Of a stretch of DNA of 25,968 nt, positions 25,440 to 25,968 are shown piece by piece. A model generated the notes under the pieces. That model saw nothing but the letters and a program-made list of their open reading frames with translations. It was not told the DNA's origin and did not search any database. The stretch comes from Myxococcota bacterium (GTDB lineage: Bacteria; Myxococcota_A; UBA796; GCA-2862545): the NCBI GenBank assembly GCA_039208735.1, contig JBCCQY010000132.1:1-25968 (forward strand), given 5' to 3'. Both the position numbers and the translations under genes were made by a program. Within the stretch, counting starts at the first letter, position 1. Each line of letters begins with the position of its first letter.

Positions 25440-25847
25440 ATGAGGGTTATGTTCACTTGGCTCGCCGCGTTCGGTCTGACGGGGTGCGGGGCCCACCTTT
25501 CGGTATCCACGGGCCACGTCGCCCATGCATCGGCGCAGCAGCACCACGTCGCCCAGCACGCCCCCATCCATCGCGGGGTGGTGGGTCGCTGGGCGCGCAC
25601 CACCCGTGGCCGTCACGGCCACACCCACGCGTTCTTTACGCTGGGCTCGGACGGGCGCTGGCATTCCGGCCGTCGCCTCCGACACGGTACAGTCGTCGAT
25701 CGGCGCGGCCGTTGGTTTGTGCGGCACGGGGTGCTGTTCTTGGACCAGGGACACGGTTTTCGCCGGTTTGCTCGCATTCACGTCACCGGCTCCACCTTGC
25801 GCCTCACGCTGGCCAACCATCACCAACAGGTTTGGCGACGGCACTAA
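25440..25847 (+). CDS. His/Arg-rich small lipoprotein, lipocalin-like
   Basis: GGAGG RBS, lipobox GLTGC, 'VVGRW...F.L..DG.W....G.W....G.L.L' pattern, and GC-rich third codon positions. Confidence 0.7.
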   Translation: MRVMFTWLAAFGLTGCGAHLSVSTGHVAHASAQQHHVAQHAPIHRGVVGRWARTTRGRHGHTHAFFTLGSDGRWHSGRRLRHGTVVDRRGRWFVRHGVLFLDQGHGFRRFARIHVTGSTLRLTLANHHQQVWRRH

Positions 25848-25968
25848 AGATGGGATGAGGAGGCCGGTCCTCCAGAACGGGGCACAATCCCCGGGTGTGT
25901 GACAGCACCAACAGGAGAACCGGCCATGCTCGAGAATAGCGCAGTATCTGTAGGTTTGGACGTGGGTG
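25848..25968 (+). mobile_element. Left end of an IS110-family element (truncated by the window)
   Basis: Structured leader with AGGAG RBS, followed by an ORF start MLENSAVSVGLDVG. The exact left boundary is unknown. Confidence 0.7.
25926..25968 (+). CDS. IS110-family DEDD recombinase/transposase, N-terminal 14 aa
   Basis: 'VGLDVG' matches the first catalytic Asp motif (G.D) of the RuvC-like DEDD domain. Only 14 codons are visible. Confidence 0.7.
   Translation, partial: MLENSAVSVGLDVG

Noticed and set aside
1..25968. CRISPR arrays, tRNA/rRNA genes, retron or reverse transcriptase genes, phage genes
   Set aside because: No regularly spaced repeats, cloverleafs or diagnostic motifs were seen by eye.

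Overview
GC-rich bacterial genomic window, probably Myxococcota. This is inferred from Cys-rich 'CGDG..E.CDDG' repeats, a myxobacterial-type Ser/Thr kinase remnant and many lipoproteins. Left to right it contains: a DUF4157/eCIS-core-like protein plus a partner; an Ig-fold lipoprotein; a serine hydrolase and putative outer-membrane protein pair; a coupled cytochrome P450 and sulfotransferase pair; a minus-strand run of LysR, a frameshifted membrane TIR/NDT-like protein, a 707-aa helical+TerD protein and a strand-specific ~65-80 nt Y-RNA-like hairpin; a ferritin-like di-iron protein; a secreted Nma111/DEG7-type tandem HtrA protease; an EEP phosphoesterase lipoprotein; a Cys-rich propeller lipoprotein; an AraC-VOC pair; a MarR-crotonase-SDR operon; a decayed hotspot (kinase stub, IS3 fragments in both orientations, low-GC orphan); two small genes; and the left end of an IS110-family element. 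The best candidate for an undescribed system is the TROVE-like/TerD protein with its adjacent small structured RNA, possibly together with the upstream TIR-like membrane protein. All family calls come from motif recognition by eye; no searches were run.
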